Shown: positions 50,548 through 61,050, counted from the first letter of the stretch. The stretch is DNA of 64,000 bases from Candidatus Latescibacterota bacterium (GCA_963667175.2 CAXXXF010000014.1:224001-288000); one strand, 5' to 3'. The notes: generated from the sequence alone by a model not told the origin. Translations and numbers: made by a program.

Positions 50548-52525
50548 GTAGAGTCGAGATGTGGCGCGGTGGTTTAGGAGTGGCCTATCTGTTTCCGCCC
50601 CTTTCGTCTGGCGGTGCCTCAATAGCCGCTCCGTGCTCCGTTTCCACGTCCCGCTCATCGAACCGGACGTGCGGATTTACCGCATCCGGCTCTCGGACAA
50701 GGAGTCATGCGTTCGCCCACGGAAGGTTGCGCGCCTGTACTTCCAGCCGGGTCAGGCCCAACGTGTTGTAGAGGACCTGGTCGTGGAAGCGTGACCTTCC
50801 CTTTCCCGGTATTCGGTACTTGTTGCACAACCACCAGCGGAGCCGTTTCCGGGTGTGGCTGTCCACACTCCGATAGGCTTTGCTGGCCAGACCAAGACGG
50901 AAGTAGTTGCCCCACCCTGCCAGCATTCGGTTCAGGTGGGCAATCCGTTCTTGATGGTCTTTCAGCAACCACCGGCGCGCCGTTGCCTCGCTGATGGCCC
51001 GGCAGATGTGCCGGATGGCCTTCTTTGCCGGGCGCGTGCCGATATAGGCCTTTCCCGTCTTTGGCGAGTAACAGCGGCCGATGGTGTAGCCCAGAAAGTC
51101 AAATCGTCCTTCCGGGAGCGTGCATATGCCCGTCTTCTGCTCGTTCACCGTCAACTTAAGCGCTTTCATGATGGATCGCATCGCACGCATCGCTTCTTCT
51201 GCACTGCCGCGACAGCAGATCACAAAATCATCCGCGTAGTTGACAATATGAGCCTCCAGACGTTGCTGATGTCCCCGAAATTGCCATCCCAGAATGAACC
51301 GCCGCATATACAGGTTCGCCAACAGCGGGGAGATCGGGGCGCCTTGCGGTGTCCCCCTTCCCTGATCCTTGTTCGGCGTCGCTCGACGTTTGCGGCCCCG
51401 CTTGTCGGTCTCCTCAATCGGCGCGGTCAGCCACAGCTTGATCAGGCGCAGCATACGCCCGTCACTGATGCGTCGCGCCACCGATTTCATCAACTCGGCA
51501 TGCGGGATCGTGTCGAAGTAGCCGCTCAAGTCGGCGTCGATCACCTGCGTATGGCCGCGGCTCACCAGACTGTGAACCGCATTGATGGCGTCGTGCGCAC
51601 TCCGTTTTGGGCGATACGCATACTGTTCCGCCGGCAGGTCCGCCTCAAAGATCGGCTCCAAGACCAGCATCGCCGCGGTTTGCACCACCCGATCCTTCAC
51701 CGTCGGGATGCCCAACGGCCTTTGCTTCCCGTTCGGCTTGGGGATATATACCCGACGGATCGGAGACACCCGATACGATTTGCTCCTTACGGCTTCCGAC
51801 AGTTCGCCTAACCACCGCTTTTGCCCGTATGACTCGATATCCGCAAACGTCTCGCCGTCCGCGCCCGCCGCGCCGCCGTTGGCCTTGCAGCAGCGGTACG
51901 CATAAAGCAGGATGTCCTCGCGATATACTTTGTCATACAGCGCGTAGAATCGGTAGCCGGGCGATTCCTTCGCTTTGGCATGCAACGTCTTCTGCAACTT
52001 CCGAACCTTTTCCGGAGGTCTTAGGCTCATGCCAATCTCCAGGCTCTCGCTCCTTTGACGTTGCCCTTGAACCAAGGCCCCTTCCCTCCACCGGCATTAC
52101 CCGGCTTCTCGGGTACTACGGGCCTCTCCGCCACCCCACACGGCCCGGCCTGACCCTCACGGGCGTCCGGTTGGTGTCTTTACACCACCGAGGGGGCTTC
52201 CCGTGTTGCGTCGGAACTCCTTGTATACGTGCCTTCGCCATTACCCCGGCGGGACCGTTGGATGCGCGCGTTGCTCTCTTTTTCCAACGACGGCGGCCTT
52301 CCCCGATCCATGGGCGGGTCGGCTCCCGCATTACCTTTTTCGAGGCCTGCTCAGCGTTCACTCACGTTTCGGCCCGCATACTCGCCAGGTCGCCTTGCGA
52401 CCCTCTACACCGGAGGCTTCGGAGATGTCGTTGCCTACGTCCCCGCTCCGATTGCTACCGACCGCAGCAACACTTGTCGGGTGGGACTCTCACCCACTGA
52501 AGTTCCGCGCCTTTTCACGGCGCAC
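50548..52525 (-). mobile_element. Group II intron (1978 nt) encoding an RT/maturase
   Basis: 5' GTGCG at 52525, domain V GAGCCGGATGCGGTAAATCCGCACGTCCGGTTC, 3' CGACTCTAC at 50548. Confidence 0.95.
50705..52030 (-). CDS. ltrA: Group II intron reverse transcriptase/maturase lacking an endonuclease domain
   Basis: RPLGIPTVKDRVVQ, DADLSGYFD, GTPQGAPISPLLAN, YADD, FDFLG, GWGNYF; ends after the X domain. Confidence 0.96.
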   Translation of the reverse strand: MSLRPPEKVRKLQKTLHAKAKESPGYRFYALYDKVYREDILLYAYRCCKANGGAAGADGETFADIESYGQKRWLGELSEAVRSKSYRVSPIRRVYIPKPNGKQRPLGIPTVKDRVVQTAAMLVLEPIFEADLPAEQYAYRPKRSAHDAINAVHSLVSRGHTQVIDADLSGYFDTIPHAELMKSVARRISDGRMLRLIKLWLTAPIEETDKRGRKRRATPNKDQGRGTPQGAPISPLLANLYMRRFILGWQFRGHQQRLEAHIVNYADDFVICCRGSAEEAMRAMRSIMKALKLTVNEQKTGICTLPEGRFDFLGYTIGRCYSPKTGKAYIGTRPAKKAIRHICRAISEATARRWLLKDHQERIAHLNRMLAGWGNYFRLGLASKAYRSVDSHTRKRLRWWLCNKYRIPGKGRSRFHDQVLYNTLGLTRLEVQARNLPWANA

Positions 52526-52628
52526 CATGGATGGGCAGGATGAACAGGATAAAGACCAAAGAGCAGGACAAATGCTCACGATTCCGGGCAAAACCGATGG
52601 ATCCATACCTCCGTCCGCGGCGCCACAC

Positions 52629-52652
52629 GGTCGGTTCGCGAACCGCCCCTAC
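52629..52652 (-). repeat. GTAG-type REP
   Basis: Minus strand gtaggggcggttcgcgaaccgacc. Confidence 0.65.
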
Positions 52653-52675
52653 GAAAAAACGGTCTCTCCGTTTGG

Positions 52676-52809
52676 CTCCCCCTCTCCCCTTGGGATACGG
52701 GGCCGGGGGGAGAGGTCGCGCACGAGCGGAGAGATATGGATGTTGAATTTGATCTTGGAATTTGACTCAAGCTGACTGCTGACCGCTGACCGCTGAAAGC
52801 TGATAGCTG
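52676..52809 (-). repeat. CCCCTCTCC element plus heptamer array ending GCTTGAGTCAA
   Basis: Reverse-complement arrangement of 567-776. Confidence 0.7.
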
Positions 52810-52903
52810 TTTTTCGACTTGGGAAACGTGATTCGCCTTCGTATCTTGTGGGCGCACTCTTCCGCGGTTTTGTGCACGTTGACCTTCAACAAGGAGATCA
52901 TCG

Positions 52904-53929
52904 ATGAAACGGATGACCATTCGTTCGCTTTTCCTTGCGGTGGCCGGGTTTGCCATTACCGGGCTCAGTCACGCAGGCACACTTGACGACGTACGGGCGA
53001 GAGGGCACCTTCAATGCGGCATCAACACAGGGTTGGCGGGCTTTGCTTTTACGGACGATCAAGGGAACTGGAGAGGATTTGACGTCGCGCTGTGTAAAGG
53101 CGTTGCGGCAGCGGTATTTGGCGACGCATCAAAGGTCAAATACACCAACCTGACTGGAAAGACCCGTTTTGAGGCGCTTAAGGCAGGTGAAATTGACGTC
53201 CTCTCGAGGAACACGACGTGGACGTACAGTCGGGACGTCGATCTCAAACTGACTTTTCTGGGCGTGAGTTTCTACGACGGCCAGGGGTTTATGGTTCCCG
53301 CATCGTTAGGCGTCTCCAGCGCAACCGAACTCAGTGGCGCTTCGGTGTGCATCCAGACCGGTACGACGACGGAACTGAACCTGGCCGACTATTTCCGTCG
53401 CAACGATATGAACTACGAGCCTGTTCCAATCGAATCGAATGAAGAAGCGCGTCAGAATTACCTGAGCGGACGATGCGACGTCTATACGACGGACCGTTCG
53501 GGACTTGCCGCAACTCGCGCAGCCCTGGACAATCCCGATGACCACGTCGTCCTGCCGGAGACCATATCCAAAGAACCCCTGGGGCCACTCGTTCGACACG
53601 GCGATGACGAATGGGGTGACGTGGTTCGCTGGGTACTGAACGTTCTGATCATCGCTGAAGAAAAGGGGATCACTTCAGACAACGTCGCTGAAATAGCCGG
53701 TCAGATGAGCAAGGACGCTGAAATCAACAGAATGCTCGGCTCTGAGGGCGAATACGGCGCAATGCTCGGACTGAGCCCGGACTGGGCAGTTAACGTCATT
53801 TCTTCGGTTGGCAACTACGGCCAGATATTCGAACGATATCTCGGTGTGAAAACCGACATCGGACTTGAACGAGGCGTGAATGCTCTGTGGACCGATGGCG
53901 GCTTGCTGTACGCTCCTCCGTACCGCTAA
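52904..53929 (+). CDS. aapJ: General L-amino acid ABC transporter substrate-binding protein
   Basis: Signal peptide; RNTTWT, YDGQGF, GTTTE, ISKEPLGP, VGNYG, LLYAPP. Confidence 0.93.
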   Translation: MKRMTIRSLFLAVAGFAITGLSHAGTLDDVRARGHLQCGINTGLAGFAFTDDQGNWRGFDVALCKGVAAAVFGDASKVKYTNLTGKTRFEALKAGEIDVLSRNTTWTYSRDVDLKLTFLGVSFYDGQGFMVPASLGVSSATELSGASVCIQTGTTTELNLADYFRRNDMNYEPVPIESNEEARQNYLSGRCDVYTTDRSGLAATRAALDNPDDHVVLPETISKEPLGPLVRHGDDEWGDVVRWVLNVLIIAEEKGITSDNVAEIAGQMSKDAEINRMLGSEGEYGAMLGLSPDWAVNVISSVGNYGQIFERYLGVKTDIGLERGVNALWTDGGLLYAPPYR

Positions 53930-54015
53930 GAAGATAGTGCATGCAATTTGTATGCGCCAACATTGTTCGAGCCCCGACAGAGAAAATTCATCGATTGTTT
54001 TTCCGTGTGAGAGTT

Positions 54016-55173
54016 ATGCTGGGAAACCTCTGGCGTGAAAAAAAGCCTCGGCAACTGATCATTCAGATCGTTGCGATTGTCGCCGCACTGTCGCTACTCG
54101 GCTTCTTCGGTCGGAATGCGCTCAACAACCTCGAACTGATTGGCCGAGACGTCAATTACGCATTTCTGTTCACACCATCCAACTACGACATCAATCAACA
54201 TCTGATCGAATACGACTCGCGCAGCACCCATCTTCGAGCGACCATTGTCGGTGTCATCAATACGGCTCTGGTCGCTTTTTTTGGAATCTTACTCGCAACC
54301 GTTATTGGATTTACCGCGGGTGTCGCGCGCCTGTCCTCGAACTTCCTGGTCAACAGGATTTCTTACGGTTTCGTTGAATTCAGCCGAAACGTTCCGGTTC
54401 TGCTGTGGATACTGTTGTGTCATGGGGTGATTGTTCACAATCTGCCTCACCCCAGGCAGGCATTGTCGGCGTACGATTTGTTTTTCCTGACCAATCGCGG
54501 TGTCTATTCGCCGAAACCTGTATTCGAACCTGCGTTCTGGGGTGTTGTTGCGGCGCTGGCTGTGGCTATTGGCGGCGCCTGTTGTTTTTACCGGTTCGCA
54601 AAACAGAGACAGGAACGGACCGGACAACAGGTTCCCGTGTACTGGACCAACGTCTCAGCGATCATTGCGCTTCCGCTGCTGGCGTTCTGGCTTCTCGGGT
54701 TTCCGGTTGAGTTCGAATTCCCTGCCTTCAAGAGGTTCAACTTTGAAGGCGGGTTGGTCCTGAGTCCGGAGTTTCTCGCATTGACACTTGCGCTCGGGGT
54801 CTATACGGGGGCTTTCATCGCTGAAATTGTCAGATCGGGAATCCTGGCCGTCAGTCACGGCCAGACCGAAGCCGCTTACGCATTGGGTATCAAGCCGAAT
54901 TTCACCATGCGGCTGATCATATTGCCGCAGGCGCTGCGGATTATCGTCCCACCGTTGATCAGCCAGTATCTCAATTTAACCAAGAATTCATCTCTTGCCA
55001 TCGCCGTCGGGTATATGGATATCGTGGCAACGATTGGCGGTATTTCGCTGAACCAGACGGGCCGTGCGTTGGAATGCATGTCCATCGTTCTGGCCATTTA
55101 TCTTTCCATCTCACTGTCGATATCCGCGTTTATGAACTGGTACAACAAGAGAATCTCACTGGTGGAGCGATGA
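54016..55173 (+). CDS. aapQ: Amino acid ABC transporter permease
   Basis: ARLSSN, AFIAEIVRSGI..V..GQTEAA, NLTKNSSLA. Confidence 0.9.
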   Translation: MLGNLWREKKPRQLIIQIVAIVAALSLLGFFGRNALNNLELIGRDVNYAFLFTPSNYDINQHLIEYDSRSTHLRATIVGVINTALVAFFGILLATVIGFTAGVARLSSNFLVNRISYGFVEFSRNVPVLLWILLCHGVIVHNLPHPRQALSAYDLFFLTNRGVYSPKPVFEPAFWGVVAALAVAIGGACCFYRFAKQRQERTGQQVPVYWTNVSAIIALPLLAFWLLGFPVEFEFPAFKRFNFEGGLVLSPEFLALTLALGVYTGAFIAEIVRSGILAVSHGQTEAAYALGIKPNFTMRLIILPQALRIIVPPLISQYLNLTKNSSLAIAVGYMDIVATIGGISLNQTGRALECMSIVLAIYLSISLSISAFMNWYNKRISLVER

Positions 55174-55177
55174 ACAG

Positions 55178-56296
55178 ATGACCGGGAGTTCGCCCGAGCA
55201 GGAAAACCATCAGGAATTGCCGCCGCCGAGGACCCAGGTTGGCGTCGTCGGTTGGATTCGCGGGAATTTACTTTCGAGCCCGACCGATATCGTACTGACG
55301 GCGTTGTCGATCTACCTGCTGTACGAGTTGATCCCGCCCATTGCCAACTGGATGTTCTTCGACGCGGTATTTGCAGACGTCGAACACCGAAGAGAGTGCC
55401 GGGAAATCGGAGCGGGCGCCTGTTGGGCCGTTGTGTGGAAGCGATTCGATCAGTTTATGTACGGATTCTATCCGGAACATTTACGCTGGCGCGTCAATCT
55501 GACGTTTGGGTTGCTTTTCGTCGCCCTGATCCCGTTGCTGTACGACCGCGTCAAAGGGCGGAGATACCTGCTCCGGTTACCATTGATCTATCCGGTCTTC
55601 GCGTTCTGTATGCTGTGGGGCGGGTGGTTCGGACTGGCGCCTGTCGAGTCATCCAAATTCGGCGGTTTCCTGCTGACAATGCTGATCGGCGTGACTGGAA
55701 TCGTCGTTTCCCTTCCACTTGGCGTTGCGCTGTCGCTGGGACGTCACTCGTCGATGCCGGTTGTCAGGACGCTCAGCATCTGGTACATCGAATTCATCCG
55801 CGGCGTACCGCTGATCACTTTGCTGTTCGTCGCCTCAACGCTGTTGAATTATTTCATGCCGCCCGGCACGTACTTCGATCTGTTGCTTCGCGTCATCATT
55901 ATCGTGATCATGTTTTCGGCTGCATATCTCGCCGAAGTCGTTCGAGGCGGTCTGGCGGCAATTCCGCAGGGACAGTACGAAGCAGCCGATGCGCTGGGTC
56001 TGAACTATGCAAAAAGCATCCGGTTGATCATATTGCCTCAGGCACTGAAAATATCCATACCCGGCATCATGAACACCTTTATCGGACTGTATAAGGATAC
56101 GACCCTGGTCATCGTCGTCGGCCTCCTCGATCCTCTCGGAATCGGCCGCGCGGCGCTTGCCGACTCAAGATGGCAGGGACTATCGACTGAACTGTACATA
56201 TTCGTCGCGATGGGCTTCTTCATCTCATGTTTTGCCATGTCGCGATACTCGCTCTACCTCGAACGGAAGCTGGATACCGGCTACAAGAACGATTAG
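55178..56296 (+). CDS. aapM: Amino acid ABC transporter permease
   Basis: [31 protein letters not shown]. Confidence 0.9.
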   Translation: MTGSSPEQENHQELPPPRTQVGVVGWIRGNLLSSPTDIVLTALSIYLLYELIPPIANWMFFDAVFADVEHRRECREIGAGACWAVVWKRFDQFMYGFYPEHLRWRVNLTFGLLFVALIPLLYDRVKGRRYLLRLPLIYPVFAFCMLWGGWFGLAPVESSKFGGFLLTMLIGVTGIVVSLPLGVALSLGRHSSMPVVRTLSIWYIEFIRGVPLITLLFVASTLLNYFMPPGTYFDLLLRVIIIVIMFSAAYLAEVVRGGLAAIPQGQYEAADALGLNYAKSIRLIILPQALKISIPGIMNTFIGLYKDTTLVIVVGLLDPLGIGRAALADSRWQGLSTELYIFVAMGFFISCFAMSRYSLYLERKLDTGYKND

Positions 56297-56307
56297 AGGA
56301 TAATCAA

Positions 56308-57087
56308 ATGAACAGTGACGCAACAGACACAGCCGTCAGCGAACGCGACGACCGGATTGCGATCGAAATTACAGACATGCACAAGTGGTTTGGCAAGTTC
56401 CACGTCTTGAACGACATCAATCTCACCGTCGAGCGCGGAGAAAGAATCGTCATCTGCGGTCCCTCGGGCTCCGGCAAGTCAACGCTGATCCGCTGTATCA
56501 ACCACCTGGAGGAACATCAACGCGGGCGCATCACGGTTGACGGTATCTCGCTGACCGACAATCTGAAGAATATCGCGAACATCCGGCGGGAAGTCGGCAT
56601 GGTGTTTCAGCAGTTCAATCTGTTTCCCCACCTGACCGTCCTGGAAAACTGCACGCTGGCGCCAATCTGGGCGAGAAAGATGCCTAAACGGGAGGCTGAA
56701 GAAACAGCGATGCGGTATCTGAAGCGAGTACGGATTCCGGAACAGGCGTCGAAGTATCCCGGGCAACTGTCGGGCGGTCAACAGCAACGGGTCGCAATCG
56801 CCCGCAGCTTGTGCATGAACCCGAAGATCATGCTATTCGACGAACCCACTTCGGCGCTGGACCCGGAGATGATCAAAGAAGTGCTTGACGTGATGATTGA
56901 GCTCGCGAAAAGCGGCATGACCATGCTGGTGGTCACGCACGAAATGGGATTTGCAAAAACCGTCGCCAATCGCGTCATTTTCATGGACGAAGGGCGAATC
57001 ATCGAAGAGAACAGTCCGGACGAGTTCTTCGACAATCCAAAAAACGACCGGACAAAGCTGTTTCTCAGTCAGATACTGACACAATAA
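56308..57087 (+). CDS. aapP: Amino acid ABC transporter ATP-binding protein
   Basis: [28 protein letters not shown]. Confidence 0.93.
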   Translation: MNSDATDTAVSERDDRIAIEITDMHKWFGKFHVLNDINLTVERGERIVICGPSGSGKSTLIRCINHLEEHQRGRITVDGISLTDNLKNIANIRREVGMVFQQFNLFPHLTVLENCTLAPIWARKMPKREAEETAMRYLKRVRIPEQASKYPGQLSGGQQQRVAIARSLCMNPKIMLFDEPTSALDPEMIKEVLDVMIELAKSGMTMLVVTHEMGFAKTVANRVIFMDEGRIIEENSPDEFFDNPKNDRTKLFLSQILTQ

Positions 57088-57302
57088 AGGAAGAAGGAAG
57101 AAGGGAAAAGGAAGAAGGAGGAAGGAAGAACGAAAATGTGTTGGTGACTATTTCGTTTGTGACGACCGTAATCGGAGTCTCATACGAGACCTACTCCCTA
57201 TCCCCCTTCCCGGGGGGAAGGGGGGAACTTTCATCCCTTGAAGTATGCCCGGTTCTGCTCCCCCTCTCCCCCTGGGAGAGGGGGCCGGGGGGAGAGGTCT
57301 GC
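57087..57302. repeat. Purine heptamer array (AAGGAAG) plus two CCCCT...GGGG palindromic elements
   Basis: aaggaagaaggaagaagggaaaaggaag...; elements at 57191-57228 and 57257-57302. Confidence 0.7.
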
Positions 57303-57315
57303 ATCCCGCCCAACG

Positions 57316-57747
57316 TCACCCCATGTCTTCCGGCGCGACAAGCGCGGCCATCATCTCGGCTTCCGCGACCAGGTCCTCGCCCACGAACGCCCTGCCGGCA
57401 ACGCGGCACACGCTACGCCGTTTCCGCAACACTTCCGCCTCGAGTCGCAGCTGATCGCCCGGCGTTACAGGACGTCTGAACCGGGCCTTGTCGATTCCCA
57501 TGAACATCGGTATCAGGCCGGACGCTTCTCCCATCAAGATACCGGCGGTCTGAGCGAGCGCTTCCACAATCAGCACGCCAGGCATCACGGGCCGCCCCGG
57601 GAAATGGCCGGCGAAGAACGGCTCGTTGGCGCTGACGTTTTTCAGCCCCACCACCCTGCGGTCCGGTTCCAGCTCCAGAATCCGGTCCACCAGCAGAAAC
57701 GGGTACCGATGCGGCAGGATTCTCTGAATCGCGTCTACGTCCAACAC
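57316..57747 (-). CDS. fabZ: 3-hydroxyacyl-ACP dehydratase
   Basis: [30 protein letters not shown]. Confidence 0.96.
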   Translation of the reverse strand: MLDVDAIQRILPHRYPFLLVDRILELEPDRRVVGLKNVSANEPFFAGHFPGRPVMPGVLIVEALAQTAGILMGEASGLIPMFMGIDKARFRRPVTPGDQLRLEAEVLRKRRSVCRVAGRAFVGEDLVAEAEMMAALVAPEDMG

Positions 57748-57792
57748 AGCCTGATCTCCTCTCTCATTCCGGACTCCGGGCAGACCAGAACA

Positions 57793-58371
57793 CTACCGGA
57801 TCGGACCGGCACCTGACCCCGGCCTCTGCCTGTCGCCTGCCTCCAGGTCTTTATTCAACTCGTCCAGCACCTTCTCCGTCAGATCGTAGTCTTCGTTGAA
57901 ATAAACCACGGAGGCCGCATTCAGCACAAAGTCGTAACCGTTTTCCTTGGACACCCGGGAAATCACCTCGTTGACGCGTTTCAGCAACGGCGAAAGCAAT
58001 TCCTGCTGCTTCAGCGCCAGCTTACCCCGCTCCGGATCTGTAATCTGGGCAAGAAACCGCTGCAATTCCTCCTCCTGCCGCTTCAGCGCCTGTTCCTCTT
58101 CCCGCCGCCTGTTCTCCATGTACATCACCTTCTGGCGTTCGAAGGTGGTCTGCTTCTTTCTGTATGCGCTCTCGAGCTTCTTGAGTTCCTTCTGCAGTTC
58201 CCCTTCATACTGGTTGTATTCTCTTTCGGCCTCCTGGAACGGCTTGTATTTCGTCCGAATCTCGTTCGGATCGAAATAGCCGATCTTCGCCTGCGCCCAG
58301 GCCGAGGACGCCACGACCAGACACGCCGTCAGGCCGCATAGGGAAACCAGGAAGCGATATCTGAAATCCAT
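57793..58371 (-). CDS. skp: Periplasmic chaperone Skp/OmpH
   Basis: Signal peptide, KIGYFD, coiled coil, GYDFVL, DLTEKVL; downstream of bamA. Confidence 0.88.
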   Translation of the reverse strand: MDFRYRFLVSLCGLTACLVVASSAWAQAKIGYFDPNEIRTKYKPFQEAEREYNQYEGELQKELKKLESAYRKKQTTFERQKVMYMENRRREEEQALKRQEEELQRFLAQITDPERGKLALKQQELLSPLLKRVNEVISRVSKENGYDFVLNAASVVYFNEDYDLTEKVLDELNKDLEAGDRQRPGSGAGPIR

Positions 58372-58404
58372 AATGAATCTCCCTCCCACGTTTGGAAACC
58401 ACTT

Positions 58405-58573
58405 AAAAACTACGAAACACGCGAAAAAAACGAAAAATCCGTAGCTGAATTCAATGGCCGCAAGAGGCCTGCATGCAGCGCCTGTCTGCCTGCCTGCAGC
58501 GCAGGGCACTGCGCAGGCAGGCGTACACGCACAGGCAGGCAGGGCACTGCGCATGCAGGCGCAAAACCACAAT
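58405..58573. repeat. A-type nonamer repeat plus a C-type repeat interrupted by triple-nested CCTG...CAGG elements (58468-58559)
   Basis: Inner 58489-58521, middle 58481-58539, outer 58468-58559. Confidence 0.85.
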
Positions 58574-58648
58574 GTGGCACGTCAGCCTGGCAATGCCGCA
58601 ATTTTCATCATCGTTGGCGCCCCAACGGGGCATGGCGTGGCAACCGTC

Positions 58649-61045
58649 TTAGAAAAATTGCGGACCGAACTGGAAATGGGTTACCATCTGTGGCTTCTGG
58701 CCATCCACGCGCCGCCTGTCAAAACCCCAGGCGAAGTCAAATCCCATAATGCCGACAACAGGGGCAATCATTCGAAATCCGACGCCCATCGACCGTCTTA
58801 AATCGAAGATACTCGCTTCTGAGATACTGTCCCACGCATTGCCCGCGTCCGCGAACGCGAGGGCGTAGAACTGCTGTTTCACGATGGGCAGGGTGAGTTC
58901 AAGGTTGAAGAGCAGCTGCGAATTCCCTCCGTCCGGAACGCCGCTGATACGCGGACCCAGCGACTGTTCGGGATAGCCGCGAACCATCGTGCCTTCGAAT
59001 ATATTCACACCTCCGGGCACATAACGCTCGTTGAACGGCACGTCGGAACTGTTGTACGGCTTCACGAGACCGAGAGTCGTCTTCAGACTCAACGCGACAC
59101 GCCACGCGACCGGGAAATAGAAGCTGGTGATGAGATCGTGCTTGAAGAAATCCGTATTGCCGCCAAGGGGGCCGCCGGCAATTGTGGGAGAGTAGGAAAA
59201 CACGGATCCGCTGGTGGCGAAAACCGGCAGGTCCCGGCTGTTTCGCGTGAAGTTCAGATTCACGCTGCTGGTGACGTTGTCGCGAAATGCAGTATCGGAG
59301 GCCTGGTCGAAGTCTTCGGCGAAATTCCGGAATTCAACCTGCTGGATGCGGTACCCGATGGAAACCCGTGAGAAATCGGGCCAGACCAGACGGCGTCCAA
59401 CCGTGGCCAGGGCGCCCTGTCTGCGTTCGTCGAAACCGCTGTAGTACCGCCGGGTGGTTCTGAACAGCAGACCGGACAGACTCGTGGGCGTATTCAGCAA
59501 CCAGGGCTCCGTAAAGCCGGCCCTGAACGACTGCCGCCTGTCTCCGAACTCCAGCTGGAATTCCAGTTGCTGCCCGTTGCCCATGAAGTTCGGGACCTGC
59601 AGCGCGACGGTTCCCAGCAGGCCGTCGTACTGGCTGTAACCCGCGCCGACGGACGCCGTGCCCGTGGATTTCTCCTCCACCGCAAATATCACATCCAGTT
59701 CGGATGACTCCTCCACGGGTTTCAGCTCCGGCGCCACGTTGCTGAAATAGTTCAACTGTTGAATATTCCTCATGCTTCGCTCGATGCCGGACCTTCGAAA
59801 GGTCTGGCCCGGGCGTAACCAGAGCTCCCTGCGGATCACCCTGTCTTTTGTCTTCGTATTTCCCGAAATGGTAATCTGCCGAATCTTCCACGGCTTGTTT
59901 TCCACAATGTCGAAATGGACGTTGATCGTGTGCGGCGCCTCCGCCTGTCTTTCCTGGACCGCGACGGAAGCCGTGATATAGCCGATATCGCTGTACAGAT
60001 TCTGGATTTCCACCTGGGATTTGTCCTTGAGCTCGGAACTGTAAACGTCCCCGGCCTTGGCAACGATCATCCTGTCGATACCAGCGTCCCTGACGCGTTC
60101 GTTTCCGTCCCAGGTAATCTTCCCGAACCTGTGCAGAGGTCCCTCATCCAGGTAAATGTCGATAAAGAGATTCGCCTTCGCGTCGTCGTAATACAGGCTG
60201 TCGCGCAGAATCTCGGCGTTGCGGTATCCATTCGACTGGTAAAACGCCAGCAGCGCCTGCTTGTCTTCCTGATAGGTGTCGTCCGCGAACTGGTTCCGGC
60301 GCAGAATGCCCCCGACCTGTTTGGTCTCTTTCATCGCCTTGCGGAGTTTCTTGCCTTCGAACGCCTGATTGCCGAAGAACTGAATTCGGCGCAGCTTCAC
60401 CTTGCGCCCTTCGTTCACGGTGAACGTGAGCAGAACCTGACCCTCTTCATTCGGGTCGCCCTGCTTCCCCTCGACCCCGGCAAGGAGGTATCCCTCTTCC
60501 TTGTAAAGGTCGACGATCTTGTTTTCTGCGCGCCTGACGTCATGCGGCGACAGCCACTGTCTCTCAATGAATGCCAGCGTTTTCTTCAGTTTCTTGGATT
60601 TGATCCCCTTGTTGCCTTCGAAACGGACGTCGTCCAGCTTGGGATGTTCTTCCACGACGATCACAACGGCCACGCCTTCGTCCACGTTCGGATCGGCGTA
60701 GACCTGAATGTCCGAAAAGATGTTCAATCGGTGGAGATTGCGAATCACGCGCGGCGGGTCGTCCGGCAACGTGAGTCGCTGTCCCTCCGCCAGCCCGGAG
60801 GAAAACTTGATCAGCGACGCTTCGGTGATCCGATTGCCCTCGACCCTGATCTCGGTGATGACGGGCGCCTGTTGCGCCGTCGCCGTACCGGGAGACGCAA
60901 AGTCCATCAGCACCAGGAAAACTGCGAAAAAGAATCCGAACAAAGCCGCTCGCCTCCGCAACGCCAGACTGAAATATTCAGAGAATTTCAAACCCGGGCC
61001 CACATCGAACAAACGCTCCGTCAACCCAAAAGTTCCTGCCATCAC
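58649..61045 (-). CDS. bamA: Outer membrane protein assembly factor BamA
   Basis: POTRA repeats (GNTKTKDRVIRREL), VRGY loop, FADAGNAW, C-terminal FF; start uncertain. Confidence 0.93.
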   Translation of the reverse strand: MMAGTFGLTERLFDVGPGLKFSEYFSLALRRRAALFGFFFAVFLVLMDFASPGTATAQQAPVITEIRVEGNRITEASLIKFSSGLAEGQRLTLPDDPPRVIRNLHRLNIFSDIQVYADPNVDEGVAVVIVVEEHPKLDDVRFEGNKGIKSKKLKKTLAFIERQWLSPHDVRRAENKIVDLYKEEGYLLAGVEGKQGDPNEEGQVLLTFTVNEGRKVKLRRIQFFGNQAFEGKKLRKAMKETKQVGGILRRNQFADDTYQEDKQALLAFYQSNGYRNAEILRDSLYYDDAKANLFIDIYLDEGPLHRFGKITWDGNERVRDAGIDRMIVAKAGDVYSSELKDKSQVEIQNLYSDIGYITASVAVQERQAEAPHTINVHFDIVENKPWKIRQITISGNTKTKDRVIRRELWLRPGQTFRRSGIERSMRNIQQLNYFSNVAPELKPVEESSELDVIFAVEEKSTGTASVGAGYSQYDGLLGTVALQVPNFMGNGQQLEFQLEFGDRRQSFRAGFTEPWLLNTPTSLSGLLFRTTRRYYSGFDERRQGALATVGRRLVWPDFSRVSIGYRIQQVEFRNFAEDFDQASDTAFRDNVTSSVNLNFTRNSRDLPVFATSGSVFSYSPTIAGGPLGGNTDFFKHDLITSFYFPVAWRVALSLKTTLGLVKPYNSSDVPFNERYVPGGVNIFEGTMVRGYPEQSLGPRISGVPDGGNSQLLFNLELTLPIVKQQFYALAFADAGNAWDSISEASIFDLRRSMGVGFRMIAPVVGIMGFDFAWGFDRRRVDGQKPQMVTHFQFGPQFF

Positions 61046-61050
61046 CTTAA

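Noticed and set aside
50705-52030. RT as a retron, DGR or defence RT (the duplicated 20-kb segment could mimic a TR/VR pair)
   Set aside because: YADD plus maturase X domain inside complete intron ends and domain V; the duplicate is ribozyme sequence, not an adenine-mutated variable region in a gene.
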